A stretch of DNA of 64,000 bases from Eledone cirrhosa (taxonomy: Eukaryota), in NCBI GenBank assembly GCA_964016885.1, contig OZ024759.1:30938001-31002000 (forward strand), in the 5' to 3' direction. The notes beneath the pieces were generated by a model. That model did no database searches and was not told where the DNA came from. It saw only the letters and a list, made by a program, of their open reading frames with translations. Of this stretch, positions 14,848 through 29,475 are shown in pieces (the first letter of the stretch is position 1; each line of letters starts with the position of its first letter). The position numbers were made by a program, and so were the translations under genes.

Positions 14848-16300
14848 CATACATACATACATATGTACATAAACGCGCACAGACACATACTAACACGCCA
14901 TTAAGGTTCCAGTGGGATTTTAAATTTACATTTGAAAATGTTTCTCTGTACATTAGTGGCGAATGTACTTAAGAAAGAGATTTCTAATGGGATTTTTTCC
15001 TTGATTAAATTATAATGTCTTTAGAATCAGTTAAACGAATCCAATAAATTTGGTGCTTTTCCGTTTAATTTCACCACTTCGTCTCCTTCTAGAGGAATGA
15101 AAGCAGCGGCGTTAGGACGTGGGCTTGAAAGTGCCTTACTACGCGGGTAGTCACAAACGTTCATGAGCTGACTATGAGGAAGTGATGCCAGAGATGTGAT
15201 ATCTTGCATGCATTAATTTAAACTCTACTTATTAATAACTGCATTGTCTCTGGGGGGATTATGTCGAGAAATACCTTTTTACTTTAGATTTTACTTGATA
15301 AACTTTCCGGATTTATCAGAAACAATTGGACAGCTTTTGGACAGGATCATACATTTTTTTATCCTACGTATATCATATATATATATCACTGCGCTCTGAG
15401 TCCAAGTTCTGCTGAGGTTGACTTTGGCTTTCGTCATCTCAAGATCGATAATCTAAAGTAGCTGTCTAGTAGTGTGGTCAATTCTTCTTTCCTTCTTGCC
15501 TTTCTTTAAGGCTAACCCTAAGATTTGCAGCTAGAGGGAGTTTAAGTGTGACAATATGTGAAAAGATTGGTCTTTTAAATTCACAATTAGAAGGAAGATC
15601 AGTGTAACAAGATGTGACATGACTGACCCTTAAATTTACAGCTAAAACTCATATATTTTCGCAACTGGAGAGGCTGCAACAATGTGAAAAAAGTGCCATG
15701 CTCAAGGACACAACACGGTGCCGAGAATCGAACTCAAAACTGTCCATTCCATGAGCCTCCAGCCGTTTCTATCTACCCAACGTTTCTCAGAAATATCGTG
15801 ACGACCCGAAGCCGCCATAGTAAATTTTGACGAGGGACATCAAACTCTGACTTCATGATTGTGAAGCAAAGGTCCTTACCATTCAGCCGATTTTCTTTAA
15901 CAGGTTTTTACTACTAAATGCGTGTGTTTTGTGGTTTCAGGGTTGGTGGTGTCGGTTGAGAAATTAATATGCATTATTACCTATAATTTAGCGGTAATCG
16001 ATATAAAATTGATGTTTTTATTGTGTATAGCAATTAATCGATCCGCTTAACACGATATTTATATTCTCCATAGTAAAATATGGGTGTGCAAGTGTCTAAG
16101 GCATGAAATATGTGTATGATTTTATGAGTTAGTTCTATATGAATGTGTATATACAAACAGATGCAAACTTACTACACACAATATGTGTGGGTCTGTGTGT
16201 GTGTGTATATATACATATTTGTTTGGTGGGTGTCTATATATGTGTATATGTACATTATAATGTCTGTAAGCTATGTATGAATGTTTCACTCACACACATG

Positions 16301-16338
<38 letters not shown>

Positions 16339-16374
16339 AACATATCTCTCTCTAATATATATATATATGTATGT

Positions 16375-16434
<60 letters not shown>

Positions 16435-17233
16435 ATATATATATGTTTGTATATGTATATATATATATATATGTGTATGTATATATATATATATATATAT
16501 ATACATATGTGTTTGTATATGTATATATATATATATATATGTATGTATATATATATATATATGTATGTATATGTATATACGTATGGGTATATAATTACTA
16601 TCCTTGCGTAGATGGAGATTGAGGAAGGAAGACTACTTAGATCTTAAAAGACAGAGAGAGAGAGAGAGAGAGAGAGCCTCGACTTTGTTTACGTATTTAT
16701 GTAATGTATATGTACGCATGCGTGCTTGCATGATTAGCTGAAGCACATTAGACCCTGAATGTTTCGTGTTATCGTAATTGTAACAGTGTTTTTCATTCCA
16801 TGATAAATAAGTCGACTGAATCCCTAACACTTAGTCTAATATTCCATTTTACAATGGCCTCCCCGTCACATGTTCATTGAATTTCAGGCGTTTAATGGCG
16901 GCCTCTTCTATATGTAAGAATAAAGGAGATCTGCGTTTTGTTATTAGAGCTATTGTTATTGCTGTTGTTTTTGTAATTGGAGCTGATGTTTTGATGGAAG
17001 TGGTTCTGGTGGTTCTTATTGTTGTTGTTGTTGGTGGTGGTGGTGGTGGTGGTGGTGGTGGTGGTATCGTTGTTGTAGCTGCTAATGGTTTGGTGTTTGT
17101 GTTGTTGTTGTGTTAGTTGTTGTTGTTGTTGTTGTAGCTAATGTTTTGATGAAAGTGGTTCCGGTTGTTCTTACTGTTGTTGTTGTTGTTGTTGATGTTG
17201 TAGTAGGTAATGTTTTGGTGGAATTGGTGTTTG

Positions 17234-17267
<34 letters not shown>

Positions 17268-17579
17268 GGTGTTGCTGCTACTGTTGTTGAGTCTCTACTG
17301 CTACGGTTGATGTTGTCCTCTCTAGTGCTGCTACTGTTGTTGTTGTTGTTGCTGCTGCTGTTGTTGATGTTTCAGGTATAATCCCATGACAACCATTATC
17401 AAGCAAACCTAGAATCAAAGGAAATCATTCTACAACCCACGCAGTCATTATATATATGTGAATGGTTGATCTGAGGTTACATACATAAACCACTACAAAT
17501 ACATAGACATAAATATACAGAGTAAAATTTCTACTAACATACTACAGACACCTGCTAAATCACGATGAAACTTACCATC

Positions 17580-17614
<35 letters not shown>

Positions 17615-17617
<3 letters not shown>

Positions 17618-18059
17618 AAATGTGGTAAGGAACCAGATGGACCATAACGCACCAAAGTACTCAATACTTAGGGTAGTAGAGTGGGTAATAGGAACGATTA
17701 GGACCCCGACGGCTGAGCTCAAGCCGTTTCGACGGCTAATTCTGGACTAATTGAAAATGTTTATCCTTAGGATCCTGCTGTAGTTGGCACTATCAACGCA
17801 CGACTGGGTTTCCTCCACTCCCTCTCCCTCTTTCTTCTACTGGCAAGTTCAGCTACCCCTTCCTTCCACAAAATGCCATGATAGAATTATGTGTCTCAAC
17901 AACAAACTTTTGACCAATCCTTGTGACAATCACTTTTACCATGTATGGAATTACCCCCTGAAAAGCTCGGCTATTCATGTACCAGGATAAAAATGTTCAT
18001 TTAGTCCAGAATTAGCCGTCGAAACGGCTTGAGCTCAGCCGTCGGGGGTCCTACTCGTT

Positions 18060-18063
<4 letters not shown>
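17615..18063 (+). mobile_element. Longest family P3 element: inverted 3' pLTR fragment joined to a direct pLTR
   Basis: 17689-17750 is the reverse complement of 18001-18063. The interior holds a pyrimidine-rich tract and the only P3 copy with the hammerhead 5' half. Both flanks are (TA)n. Confidence 0.75.
17953..18049 (+). ncRNA. Type I hammerhead motif, family P3 (core mutated to CUGAAAA)
   Basis: ACCCC/GGGG(G)T stem I; CTGAAAA; stem II CGGCTA/TAGCCG with a long loop; GAAA 18021-24; stem III CGGC/GCCG with palindromic loop TGAGCTCA; GUC site. Confidence 0.65.
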
Positions 18064-18100
<37 letters not shown>

Positions 18101-18194
18101 GAGCGGACACCCAAAGCAAAAGCATAAACGTTTTTTTAGTCCGCTCCCTTCCACCCAAAATTGACTCAGAAATGTTACCTTTTAATCAATTTTT

Positions 18195-18245
18195 GATGTC
18201 TGAAGAGATCACGATATCGATCGTAATTGAAATATGTATAACGGC
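18195..18245 (+). ncRNA. Type I hammerhead motif, family P4
   Basis: CTGAAGA (18200-06), stem II GATCACGAT/ATCGTAATT (one mismatch), GAAA-TATGTA-TA, short stem I TGT/ACG. Confidence 0.65.
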
Positions 18246-18476
18246 TCAATTAATAAAGGACCCTACCATCTTCAACTTCACATTTTCCTCTTTATTAATA
18301 TACTCTGTCATCCTTGTTTTTAGGAAGTAATATGACGTTGAGTACTAGAAGTGAATTGCATCCGTGTATACCGAATATATAGATATATATATGCTCTAGG
18401 GTTCTTATATATTTGATATATATTTATCCTTATCGAGCCTTCTTTGGATTTTAGTCTTCACATATATTATTAATAC

Positions 18477-18571
<95 letters not shown>

Positions 18572-18746
18572 AATGTAATCTGAGTTTTTCGAATATTAAT
18601 AATAACATTCGATTCGTTTGCAATTATGCAAACAAGCCTCAATTGTATAGTCATGTCAGTAGAATGAACCCTTCATTCTGCTCTTGTGTTGGCATGCGAA
18701 CAGAACTGCAGGCAAAAATACAGATAAGATTACAGGATTACAAAGG

Positions 18747-18825
<79 letters not shown>

Positions 18826-19221
18826 GGTACGTAATTTTGAACATTACTTTCAAATATAAATGCATGTTACCATGAGCTACCTTAACAATCATATGCTGAT
18901 TAAAGAAAAAGATATTTAGTTAGTTAGTATATGGAAGGTTTACCAAATTCTGTTTGAAATTACCTCTCATCAATTTGTATACCATTACCTATAGATATGT
19001 GTGCTTCCAGAAATTTCTTTACCAGAAATTGTTACTTTACGTTTGACTTTAGGGATTTATCAGAAATAATTGGACAAGTTTGGGATAGGATTATGTATTT
19101 TCTCCTCATCCATATATCATCTGATTTGTAGAACAGAACGGAATATTTGATTGCATTGAACCTTGATACAAGACTTGTATATATCCTATTACTGTCTATA
19201 TCTACCTGGGGTAATTAATAA

Positions 19222-19432
19222 CGGTTTCTTATATAGGCACAAGGCCAGCAATTCTGGGGGAGGGGAAAGTCGATTAAATCGACTCCACTGCGTGACTGGT
19301 ACTTTATTTTATCGACGCCGATGAAAGGCAAAGGTAACCTCGGCGGGATTTGAACTCAGACCGTAAAGGTTCGTATCTCTATGCTGCAAAGCATGGTCTC
19401 CGACTCTCTACCGACACTGCCAATCCACCGCC
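19222..19432 (-). mobile_element. Full-length SINE family 1
   Basis: Reverse complement contains ggcggtggattggcag (A-box region), gagttcaaatcccgcc (B-box) and the shared body and tail. Confidence 0.85.
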
Positions 19433-19508
19433 CTCTTTGAGGGCAATTAATAATACAGTATCATATATATGTATGATGTGCGTCGTTCGCTGTTTGAAAT
19501 TGACATTT

Positions 19509-19718
19509 TCGAGAGTGGGTTGATAGCCAATTATCAAGGCTGATAGCTAATTATCATGGAGTGACTATAGAGCTGTGAAATCTTGCATGCATTAATTTCA
19601 GCTCTTCTTATTAATAACTGCATCGTTTCCTTACAGTCACTATGTTGAAAACTAAACCTCATTTGGTCATTCCATGAGAGTATCTTGGTCAGCTTATCAA
19701 CATCCCAGCTGTCCCTCG
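19509..19718 (-). mobile_element. Mariner-derived MITE, family G (partial copy also at 15119-15250)
   Basis: Reverse-complement homology to 40668-40982 and 53014-53495. Confidence 0.6.
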
Positions 19719-19851
19719 CGTGTTAGTGTGATGGACTGGTCAGTTTTAGAAAGCCTGTACAATGCGAAAATTCCGGGGCACAAATCTGGGCAATGCCGTT
19801 TGCGGAAGACCAGCAGTTGCCCGTGTAAACCAGTCTCCCTTCTCTACGACA

Positions 19852-20350
19852 CCAAAGGAAATGCAAAGGTAGATACAGCTTGGCACCAGTGACCTCGCAA
19901 CTCATATATACACTATTCATCTTGTATATACCCTGTGTACAGTGTATATAGACTATATATGATGTTGTCCAAGGGAAAGCCAAACCTCGATGCAGCTTGG
20001 CACCAGTGACCTCGCAACTCATATATACACTATTCATCTTGTATATACCCTGTGTACAGTGTATATAGACTATATATGATGTTGTCCAAGGGAAAGCCAA
20101 ACCTCGATGCAGCTTGGCACCAGTGACGCCGCAACTCATATATACACTATTCATCTTGTATATACCCTGTGTACAGTGTATATAGACTATATATGATGTT
20201 GTCCAAGGGAAAGCCAAACCTCGATGCAGCTTGGCACCAGTGACGCCGCAACTCATATATTTAGACTATAAATCTTACATATACATTATATACAGTATAT
20301 ATACATTATATATGATGTTGTCCAAGGGTAAGGCAATGGTCGATGCAGCC
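19852..20350. repeat. 117-bp tandem repeat, about 4 copies (last one degenerate)
   Basis: cagcttggcaccagtgac recurs every 117 bp, matching the 39-aa period in ORF 19723..20256. Confidence 0.95.
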
Positions 20351-20485
20351 TAGAACCTGAACTCATTTCTACAGTGGTTAAAGCGTCGGGCTTGCAATCT
20401 AGAGATTCTGAGATCGTGAGATCAATTTCCGGACGGGTGATGCGTTGTGTTCTTGAGCAAACCCCTCTATTCCACGTTTCTCCAG

Positions 20486-20615
<130 letters not shown>

Positions 20616-20618
20616 GGG

Positions 20619-20764
<146 letters not shown>

Positions 20765-20975
20765 AAGAGAGGAGAGAGAGAGAAACTTAAAAATATATAT
20801 TAGAAATGATTGAGAACAAAATATCTCAGTAAATAAGCGAGTAATAAAAATAGAAAGTAATAGATTTCCAAAAACGATCAGATTAGATGTGACAGAAATT
20901 GAATCGATTTGTATAATATCAGCTAATATCTAATAAAGCATAACTCTTTAAAGAGGGAACGCTGGTGTTGTGGTG

Positions 20976-21800
20976 ATGTGTGATGTCTGGGTTGTACTCG
21001 TATGGTGCCTGAATTGTGTGGTGTCTGGGCTGTTGTTGTATGTAGTCTGTGTTGTGTGGCTTCTCCGCTGTGTTTGTATGGTGCCTGTGTTGTGTGATGT
21101 CTGGGTTGTACTCGTATGGTGCCTGAATTGTGTGGTGTCTGGGCTGTTGTTGTATGTAGTCTGTGTTGTGTGGCTTCTCCGCTGTGTTTGTATGGTGCCT
21201 GTGTTGTGTGGTGTCTGGGTTGTGCTTGTATGTTGCCTGTATTGTGTGGTGTCTGGGCTGTTGTTGTATGTAGTCTGTGTTGTGTGATGTCTGGGCTGTT
21301 GGTGTATGGTCTCTGTGTAGTGTGGTTTCTAGGCTGTTGTTTGGTCTTGTGTGGTGTCTAGGCTGTGTTTGTATGGTGCCTGTGTTGTGTGGTGTCTAGG
21401 CTGTGTTTGTATGGTGCCTGTGTTGTGTGGTGTCTAGGGTGTTGATCTAGGGTGCCTGTGTTGTGTGGTGTCTAGGCTGTGCTTGTATGGTGCCTGTGTT
21501 GTGTGGTGTCTAGGTTGTGCTTGTATGGTACCTGTGTTGTGTGGTGTCTAGGCTGTTGGTCTATGGTGCCTGTGTTGTGTGGTGTCTGGGCTGTGCTTGT
21601 ATGGTGCCTGTGTTGTGTGGTGTCTAGGCTGTGTTTGTATGGTGCCTGTGTTGTGTGGTGTCTGGGCTGTGTTTGTATGGTGCCTGTGTTGTATGGTGCC
21701 TGTGTTGTGTGGAGTCTGGGCTGTGCTTGTATGGTGCCTGTGTGGTTTGGTGTCTAGGCTGTTATATCTAGTCGATGTTGTGTGGTGTCAGGGCTGTTGT
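20976..21800. repeat. 38-bp GT-rich minisatellite with a 114-bp (3 x 38) higher-order unit at its 5' end
   Basis: Unit gtatggtgcctgtgttgtgtggtgtctaggctgtgttt; 38-aa period in ORF 20970..21287. Confidence 0.9.
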
Positions 21801-21964
21801 TGTATGAGCCTCCACTGTTATATGGTGACTAGGAGGTTCTATGGTGTCTATGATGGAAGACAAGTTGTGTAATAGTAAATATGATGGTGATGGAGTTACT
21901 GATTAGAAGAGAGATGAGGCTGACTGTGCTCTTGTTGATAACAACGATGAAGATGATAGCGTTG

Positions 21965-22760
21965 TGGTGATGATGGCTGTAATCATGTTGATGAGAATGA
22001 TGATGATGATGATGGACGTAATCATGTTGATTATAATGATGGTGATGATGGATGTAATCATGTTGATGAGAATGATAATGATGATGGCTGTAATCATGTT
22101 GATGAGAATGATGATGATGATGGACGTAATCATGTTGATTATAATGATGATGATGATGGACATAACCATGTTGATGAGAATGATGATGATGATGATGGAC
22201 GTAATCATGTTGATTATAATGATGGTGATGATGGATGTAATCATGTTGATGAGAATGATAATGATGATGGCTGTAATCATGTTGATGAGAATGATGATGA
22301 TGATGGACGTAATCATGTTGATTATAATGATGATGATGATGGACATAACCATGTTGATGAGAATGATGATGATGATGATGGACGTAATCATGTTGATTAT
22401 AATGATGGTGATGATGGATGTAATCATGTTGATGAGAATGATAATGATGATGGCTGTAATCATGTTGATGAGAATGATGATGATGATGGACGTAATCATG
22501 TTGATTATAATGATGATGATGATGGACATAACCATGTTGATGAGAATGATGATGATGATGATGGACGTAATCATGTTGATTATAATGATGGTGATGATGG
22601 ATGTAATCATGTTGATGAGAATGATAATGATGATGGCTGTAATCATGTTGATGAGAATGATGATGATGATGGACGTAATCATGTTGATTATAATGATGAT
22701 GATGATGGACATAACCATGTTGATGAGAATGATGATGATGATGATGGCTGTAACCTTGCT
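21965..22760. repeat. (GAT)n-derived satellite: 36-39-bp monomers in a 183-bp higher-order repeat, about 4 copies
   Basis: Identical blocks recur every 183 bp (e.g. gtaatcatgttgattataatgatggtg at 22201, 22384 and 22567). Confidence 0.9.
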
Positions 22761-22861
22761 GATTAGAATGATGGTGATGATGGCTGAAATAATCATGTTG
22801 ATGAGAATGATGATGGCGCCGATAGTGATGGTGTTATTGCTGATGATGAAGCTGACAACAC

Positions 22862-22894
<33 letters not shown>

Positions 22895-23329
22895 GGATGA
22901 TGATGATGATTAGGATGATGATGTCGATGGCGATGGGAGTGATGGTGATGGCAACGGTAGCCGTGGGGAAGAAGTCGATGAAAAATAATGGCAAAGGTGA
23001 TGGAGATGTGTCTGAACATGAAGTGGAAGATGATGTTGATGGCGGTAATTATAAAGATGATGATGATGAAGACAGTGACGATGAAAATGATGACGATGAT
23101 GATGATAACTTGATGGCTGGACGGGAAATATTGATGGAAATGGTGACAGAAGAAGTGGCCGTTTATGCTAGTTAAGCTGTTGTTTGTAAATATCGTTAGG
23201 CTGTTCCAAATCAAGTAATTTTCGATACATTTATCTACAGTTAATCGAATCTCTAAAGATATTTATATGAGTTTCTAAGATAAAAACACACCCACGTTGC
23301 TATAATTACATCAGCTGTGCGTGTGTGTA

Positions 23330-23367
<38 letters not shown>

Positions 23368-23647
23368 TGTGTGTGTGTGCGTGTGCGTTGGTGTCTGTGT
23401 GTGGTGTATTTATCGGTGTGTGTTAATAGACTGTCAGGTCGATAATGTCGACTCAGAAGTAGTGAAGAAAAAGACAGCAGTTTACTACGAAGTATATCCC
23501 AGGGTGAAAACAATTAAATCTTAAAGCACACTTACAAATATACACATACATGAATAAACGCAAACACACATACACACAGACACACATACACATACACATA
23601 GACAGACACTCACTCAAGCGCACACACGTCTTTTTCTCTCTATATAT

Positions 23648-23715
23648 ATAAAAGGTGTTAAAAAAATGTATACACAAATAAATAAGTGTGTATACATTTT
23701 TGAGACACCCTGTAT
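23648..23715. mobile_element. Tiny Tc1/mariner-type MITE (TIR-only hairpin)
   Basis: aaaaggtgttaaaaaaatgtatacaca / tgtgtatacattttttgagacaccctgta inverted repeat with TA flanks. A related right TIR lies at 59281-59310. Confidence 0.55.
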
Positions 23716-23731
23716 ATATGAATATGGATGT

Positions 23732-23772
<41 letters not shown>

Positions 23773-23845
23773 TATTTATACGTATGTGTATTTATATACC
23801 TATATATCTATATAAAGGTATATCTGTATGAATATGTAGATGTGG

Positions 23846-23983
<138 letters not shown>

Positions 23984-24175
23984 TGTTTCAATGTATGAAT
24001 ACACACCTAACAGCCCTTAGGTGTGTAGATATATATATAGATATACATATGTATATATTTATATATATATATATATGTGCATGTATATACATATATATAT
24101 GTGTGTGTATATATATTTATGTATATATATATATGTGTATGTGTGTTCATGTGTGTGTTGGTATATATATGTGTA

Positions 24176-24224
<49 letters not shown>

Positions 24225-24267
24225 GTGTGTGTATGGCCTCAGCCGGATGGCTGAAACAGGTAAAAGA

Positions 24268-24322
<55 letters not shown>

Positions 24323-24457
24323 CACACAACTAACGTCGGTTAATCGATTGGATAATTGTGGGATATCTCGTATAGAGATTAGACATTAACAAATACGGTA
24401 TCACCTCAAATAGCATTAAGTCGTCCTATGTAACAACATGTCCTCCTACATACACAG

Positions 24458-24828
24458 ATGGTGGATGGGTGCTACACGAGAATGCTGTGGATGGCTCTGA
24501 ACATTAATCAGTATACACTGAGGATGAAAAACTCAGAGCTGTACGGGAGTCTCCCAAAAGTCAGCTCAAAAGTGACACAGAGGAGACTGAGGTTGGCTGG
24601 ACATGCTCACCGACATCCAGAGTTGACATTGCACTCAGTGCTCCTTTGGGAGCCCCTACATGGACACACTAGAAGAGGAAGACCAAGGTTAACGTATGTT
24701 GATGCCCTAAGGACAGACACTGGTCTGTTGGAGACGCAGGATATGGCAGCGATAATGAGGGACAGAGACCGCTGGAGAGAACTCGTCCATGGATCTCGGG
24801 AATTTTACCCGCCTTAGATAGATAGATA
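24458..24828 (+). mobile_element. RTE-clade LINE 3' fragment (ORF2 C-terminus)
   Basis: DGCYTRML...RRLRLAGHAHRH...LLWEPLHGHTRRGRPRLTYVDAL...DRDRWRELV, a typical RTE C-terminus; stop at 24817 runs into a (TAGA)n tail. Confidence 0.9.
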
Positions 24829-24900
24829 TATATATATATATACATATATATATGTATATATATATGTCTGTGTGTGCGTGTGTATATATCTACGTATGTG

Positions 24901-24937
<37 letters not shown>

Positions 24938-25077
24938 GTATGTATAGATTATATGTATGTATATATATATATATATGTATGTGTATGTGTATGTGTGCAT
25001 GTATATATGTGTGTGTATATATATATGTGTGTATGCATATATCTATATCGGTATGTATATATATATGTATATATATT

Positions 25078-25200
<123 letters not shown>

Positions 25201-25260
25201 TGCGTGTGTATCTAAAGATATATATATATATATATATCTTTAGATACACACGCACTTAAA

Positions 25261-25360
<100 letters not shown>

Positions 25361-25693
25361 ATATATATATATTACATATCGTTAGATGTAGCCATATACA
25401 GCACGTTATGGAGTATTTTAATGGCTACAATAGTACTCTTGGGGATTATAGCATTAATAGCCTAGGATATAGCATGGCCAGGCAGAGAGAAATATTGAAT
25501 GCATGTGTCCATAAATCAAATATCTCTAGTATTCACTCTCAATACACATACGCGCTCGCACATGCAAACGCTGCAGTAAATATATATATATATATATAGC
25601 GTCTTATGTACTTATATATATATATATATATATGTCTTGTGTACATATATATTTATGCATATATATATGCATATATATATGCATATATATATG

Positions 25694-25779
<86 letters not shown>

Positions 25780-25890
25780 TAAATGTATATATATATATAT
25801 ATATTAATAAATGTTTATATATAGGTGCATATATATATATATATATATTCATATTCATTGCTGGTGTTCATGATATAAATACATGATTAA

Positions 25891-25957
<67 letters not shown>

Positions 25958-25961
25958 TATG

Positions 25962-26069
<108 letters not shown>

Positions 26070-26172
26070 TATGTCTGTATATATATATATATATATATAT
26101 CTATATCTAAGGCGAGTAAAATTCCCGAGATCCATATATGTATATATATATATATATAGAGAGAGAGATATT

Positions 26173-26211
<39 letters not shown>

Positions 26212-26776
26212 AATCATGTATTTATGTCATGAACACCAACAATGAATATCAATATCCGTGGATGATCAAAGTTGTTTGTTAATTGGCAATCGTCTCTAAT
26301 GTTACAGTTTGATATTGAGAACATTTCAACAGAATCGTGAGGTCCTCTGCCATAAAACTCTCCTCTCTATCACTTTAATACTTTCACGCTTTCCTATTAT
26401 CTCAAACCTACATTAAATTAGACATTTCTATTTAGATAACGTGATATACTTTTTCTGTAATTATATTTCGTATGCAATCTTTTAATTTACGGGAGGTAAT
26501 TATTCATTTGTATATCCGTTCCGTACATAAGTTTTTGATTTTGCTATTGACAAAAAATATATTAGAGTGTAGCTATTACGTAAATAGAATTCATGTTGTG
26601 AATCGTTTGCCCCATAATCGGGTGGCAAAGAACGCTGGATTTCCGTGGTGGAGTTAAATTGCGTTTTATTAAACGCAATATAAGAAAAAAATATAAGAAA
26701 TTGTCCTAGCTTCTTCTCTTTAAGCGAAGCAATGGAAGACATCGTAAATGAGTATGGATAAAATGTCTCTCTAAAG

Positions 26777-27043
26777 CAGTGGTTCCCAAATTGGGTTCCA
26801 CGGAAGCCAAGGTTTCCGCAAAGGAGTGTCTGGGGTCACGTGAAAAAAGGTAGTCGAGTATATTTATATATTACGACCATATAACATAGACTTTGAGGTT
26901 CCACCCAAATTTCTGAACCAAAAATCTAGGGTTCCATGAAAAAGGTTTATATTACGACCATATAACAGTGTTAGACTTTGCGTTCCCCTAAAGGTTTCTG
27001 AATCAAAATGGGTTCCGCGTTTAAAACATTTTGGGAAACCCTG
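26777..27043. mobile_element. Non-autonomous hAT (Charlie-like) transposon
   Basis: TIRs cagtggttcccaaa / tttgggaaaccctg and a perfect 8-bp TSD ctctaaag (26769-76 and 27044-51). Confidence 0.9.
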
Positions 27044-27194
27044 CTCTAAAGTAATGGCTGTCTCATTTAATATCTTACTGGCATCCAACAGTAGATAAAT
27101 ATTGTTAGAACTCAATGAGGCCTTAAAGAGATGGTCTCAACCAGATTATGATGTGAATGCTATATATTTTGTGACAGACCCTCGTCACATAAGG

Positions 27195-27241
<47 letters not shown>

Positions 27242-27299
27242 ATAATAATAAATGTGAAGACTAAAATCCAAAGAGGGCACGATAAGGATAAATACATAT

Positions 27300-27362
<63 letters not shown>

Positions 27363-27525
27363 AGTCTATAGGTGCAAGAAAATTGCGTCCCTAGGCACAC
27401 AATTCCAGTGTCAGGGTCGATCAATAATAGATCGTTCCTCAGTCTGTTCGACAATGAAACATATGTAATATTTTATTAAATATGTTGTGATGTAACACTG
27501 ACTCTTTGTTTCTTTATTCTCATAC

Positions 27526-27622
<97 letters not shown>

Positions 27623-27996
27623 GTATGTGTGTGTGTGTGAATTAGCTGTATTAATTTATTCATATCTATAAGAGTCTTGGATTGTGCATTAAATAAATAC
27701 AATTTATATCATTAGCATGAAAATTAATTCATAAAGCTAACAAAGTGAATTATTTATATATATATATGGCGTGTAGCGTAATGTAGACTATAGACGTTGG
27801 TTATGGTGCTTGTCATGTTGTTCGGTGACTTGTCTAAAGGTTCACTTCAACAATTATAATACTGACACATGGCAGACAGCTGGGGCATCATTAAATGCGA
27901 GTTGCACAGATGGATTTTATTACGGGAGGATATTGTGATCTTACTAAACTACTAAGTACTGACCTTTACGTCTATAATCATTATGATTATCAGCAG

Positions 27997-28320
27997 AGGT
28001 GGTGGATTGGCAGTATCGGTAGAGAGTCGGACGCCATGCTTTCCAGCATAGTTACGTCCCTTTACGGTCTGAGTTCAAATCCCGTCGAGGTTAACTTTGC
28101 CTTTCATCCTTACGTGGTCGATAAAATAGAGTACCAGTAATGCACTGGGTAATTGCTGGCCTTGTGCCTAAAGTAGAAACAATTATCATTATCAACAGAT
28201 GGCGGTGGATTGGCAGTATCGGTAGAGGGTCGGACGCCATGCTTTCCAGCATAGAGTTACGTCCCTTTTGGATCTGAGTTCAAATCCCGCCGAGGTTAAC
28301 TTTGCCTTTCATCCTTACGG
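27997..28320 (+). mobile_element. Two tandem SINE family 1 copies (second one 3'-truncated)
   Basis: Heads gg(t/c)ggtggattggcagtatcggtagag at about 27998 and 28201, each followed by a B-box and body. Confidence 0.88.
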
Positions 28321-28940
28321 ATTATCATCTTCATCATCACCGCCACCACTACCATCATCATCATCATCATCATCATCACAATCATAACCATCGCAGCCAC
28401 CACTATAATCATCACCGCCATCCTCATCATCATCATCTTCACAATCATCATCAGCACCGCCACCACTATCATCATGATCATCATCATCATCATTATCATC
28501 ATCATCATCATCACTATAATCACCTGAATCACCATTATGATCACCACCACCACCATCATCATCATCATCACCATCATCGTCGCCATTGTCACTATCACAG
28601 CCACGAATAACATTATCGTCATCATCACCATCACCATCACCCACCATAACATTATCACCACCCGCCATCATCATCACTACCATAAATAACATCACCATCA
28701 CCATCACCATCGCATCTATTGTCATTATCATCTTCATCATCATTACTAGCCTCAATATGATTGTCAACATTGCTATTATCATCGCACAAGTTAACCTTTA
28801 TCGTCATCACCATCATCACAACAATCATCAACAATACGACCACCACCACCACTACCATCATCACCACCACCACCACCACCACCACCACCATCACCATCAT
28901 CATCACAACTATTCTCATGATCATCATCATCGACATTACC
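28321..28940. repeat. Degenerate (CAT/CAC)n trinucleotide array
   Basis: Visible; it gives the His-rich, Met-rich and Asp-rich pseudo-ORFs. Confidence 0.95.
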
Positions 28941-29147
28941 ATTCCTTAGTATGGTTTTATCAAATATTCTGTCACATTCGTATCATCAATTTTAAAGACT
29001 AAAGACAAGACGAAATCTTTTCATCTGAACTCGTTAAGTTGGGAATATATTCCCAATATATTAGTAATATATTGAGAATATATTGGTAAGATATTGACAA
29101 AATATTGATGATATATTAGCGATATAATGGCAATATATTGGTAATAT

Positions 29148-29362
29148 GAAGGCGTGTGGCTGATTGGGTAGAAAAATGGATTCGCAATCGTGAGGTTGTT
29201 AGTTCGATTCCTGGACCGAGCGATGCGTTATGTCCTTGGGCAAGACACTTTATTTCACGTTGCTCCTTCTACATAGAGTTGCGACCGATAGATAGTATTA
29301 GCAATTGGAAAGGCCAAAGGAAACATTGCTTCCTCGGTCCTATTTGACGAAAGTCGATCGAC
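29148..29362 (+). mobile_element. SINE family 2 (tRNA head plus CORE-like gtccttgggcaagacactt segment)
   Basis: A-box-like tggctgattggg and B-box gttcgattcc. Other copies at 15645-15737(-), 20373-20490(+), 50205-50396(+), 57246-57461(-), 58010-58147(-) and 58606-58788(+). Confidence 0.8.
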
Positions 29363-29475
29363 CTCATTGGTAATATATGTTAGATATAAGTAGAGCTGCT
29401 ATTTCTCCAAATTGAGAGATCACAGCTTCGATCCCTCGGTCACGTGGTGTATATATGGTGTGATAAATAAATATA

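Noticed and set aside
21964-23175. 403-aa Met-rich ORF as a reflectin-like protein
   Set aside because: It derives from a (GAT)n satellite and lacks the Tyr/Arg/Trp/Pro content and repeat motif of reflectins.
28302-29002. His-rich ORFs as histidine-rich beak-type proteins
   Set aside because: Degenerate (CAT/CAC)n open in most frames; no signal peptide or Gly/His motif.
29148-29225. tRNA gene
   Set aside because: A and B boxes are present but run into a multi-copy SINE body, with no clean acceptor stem.
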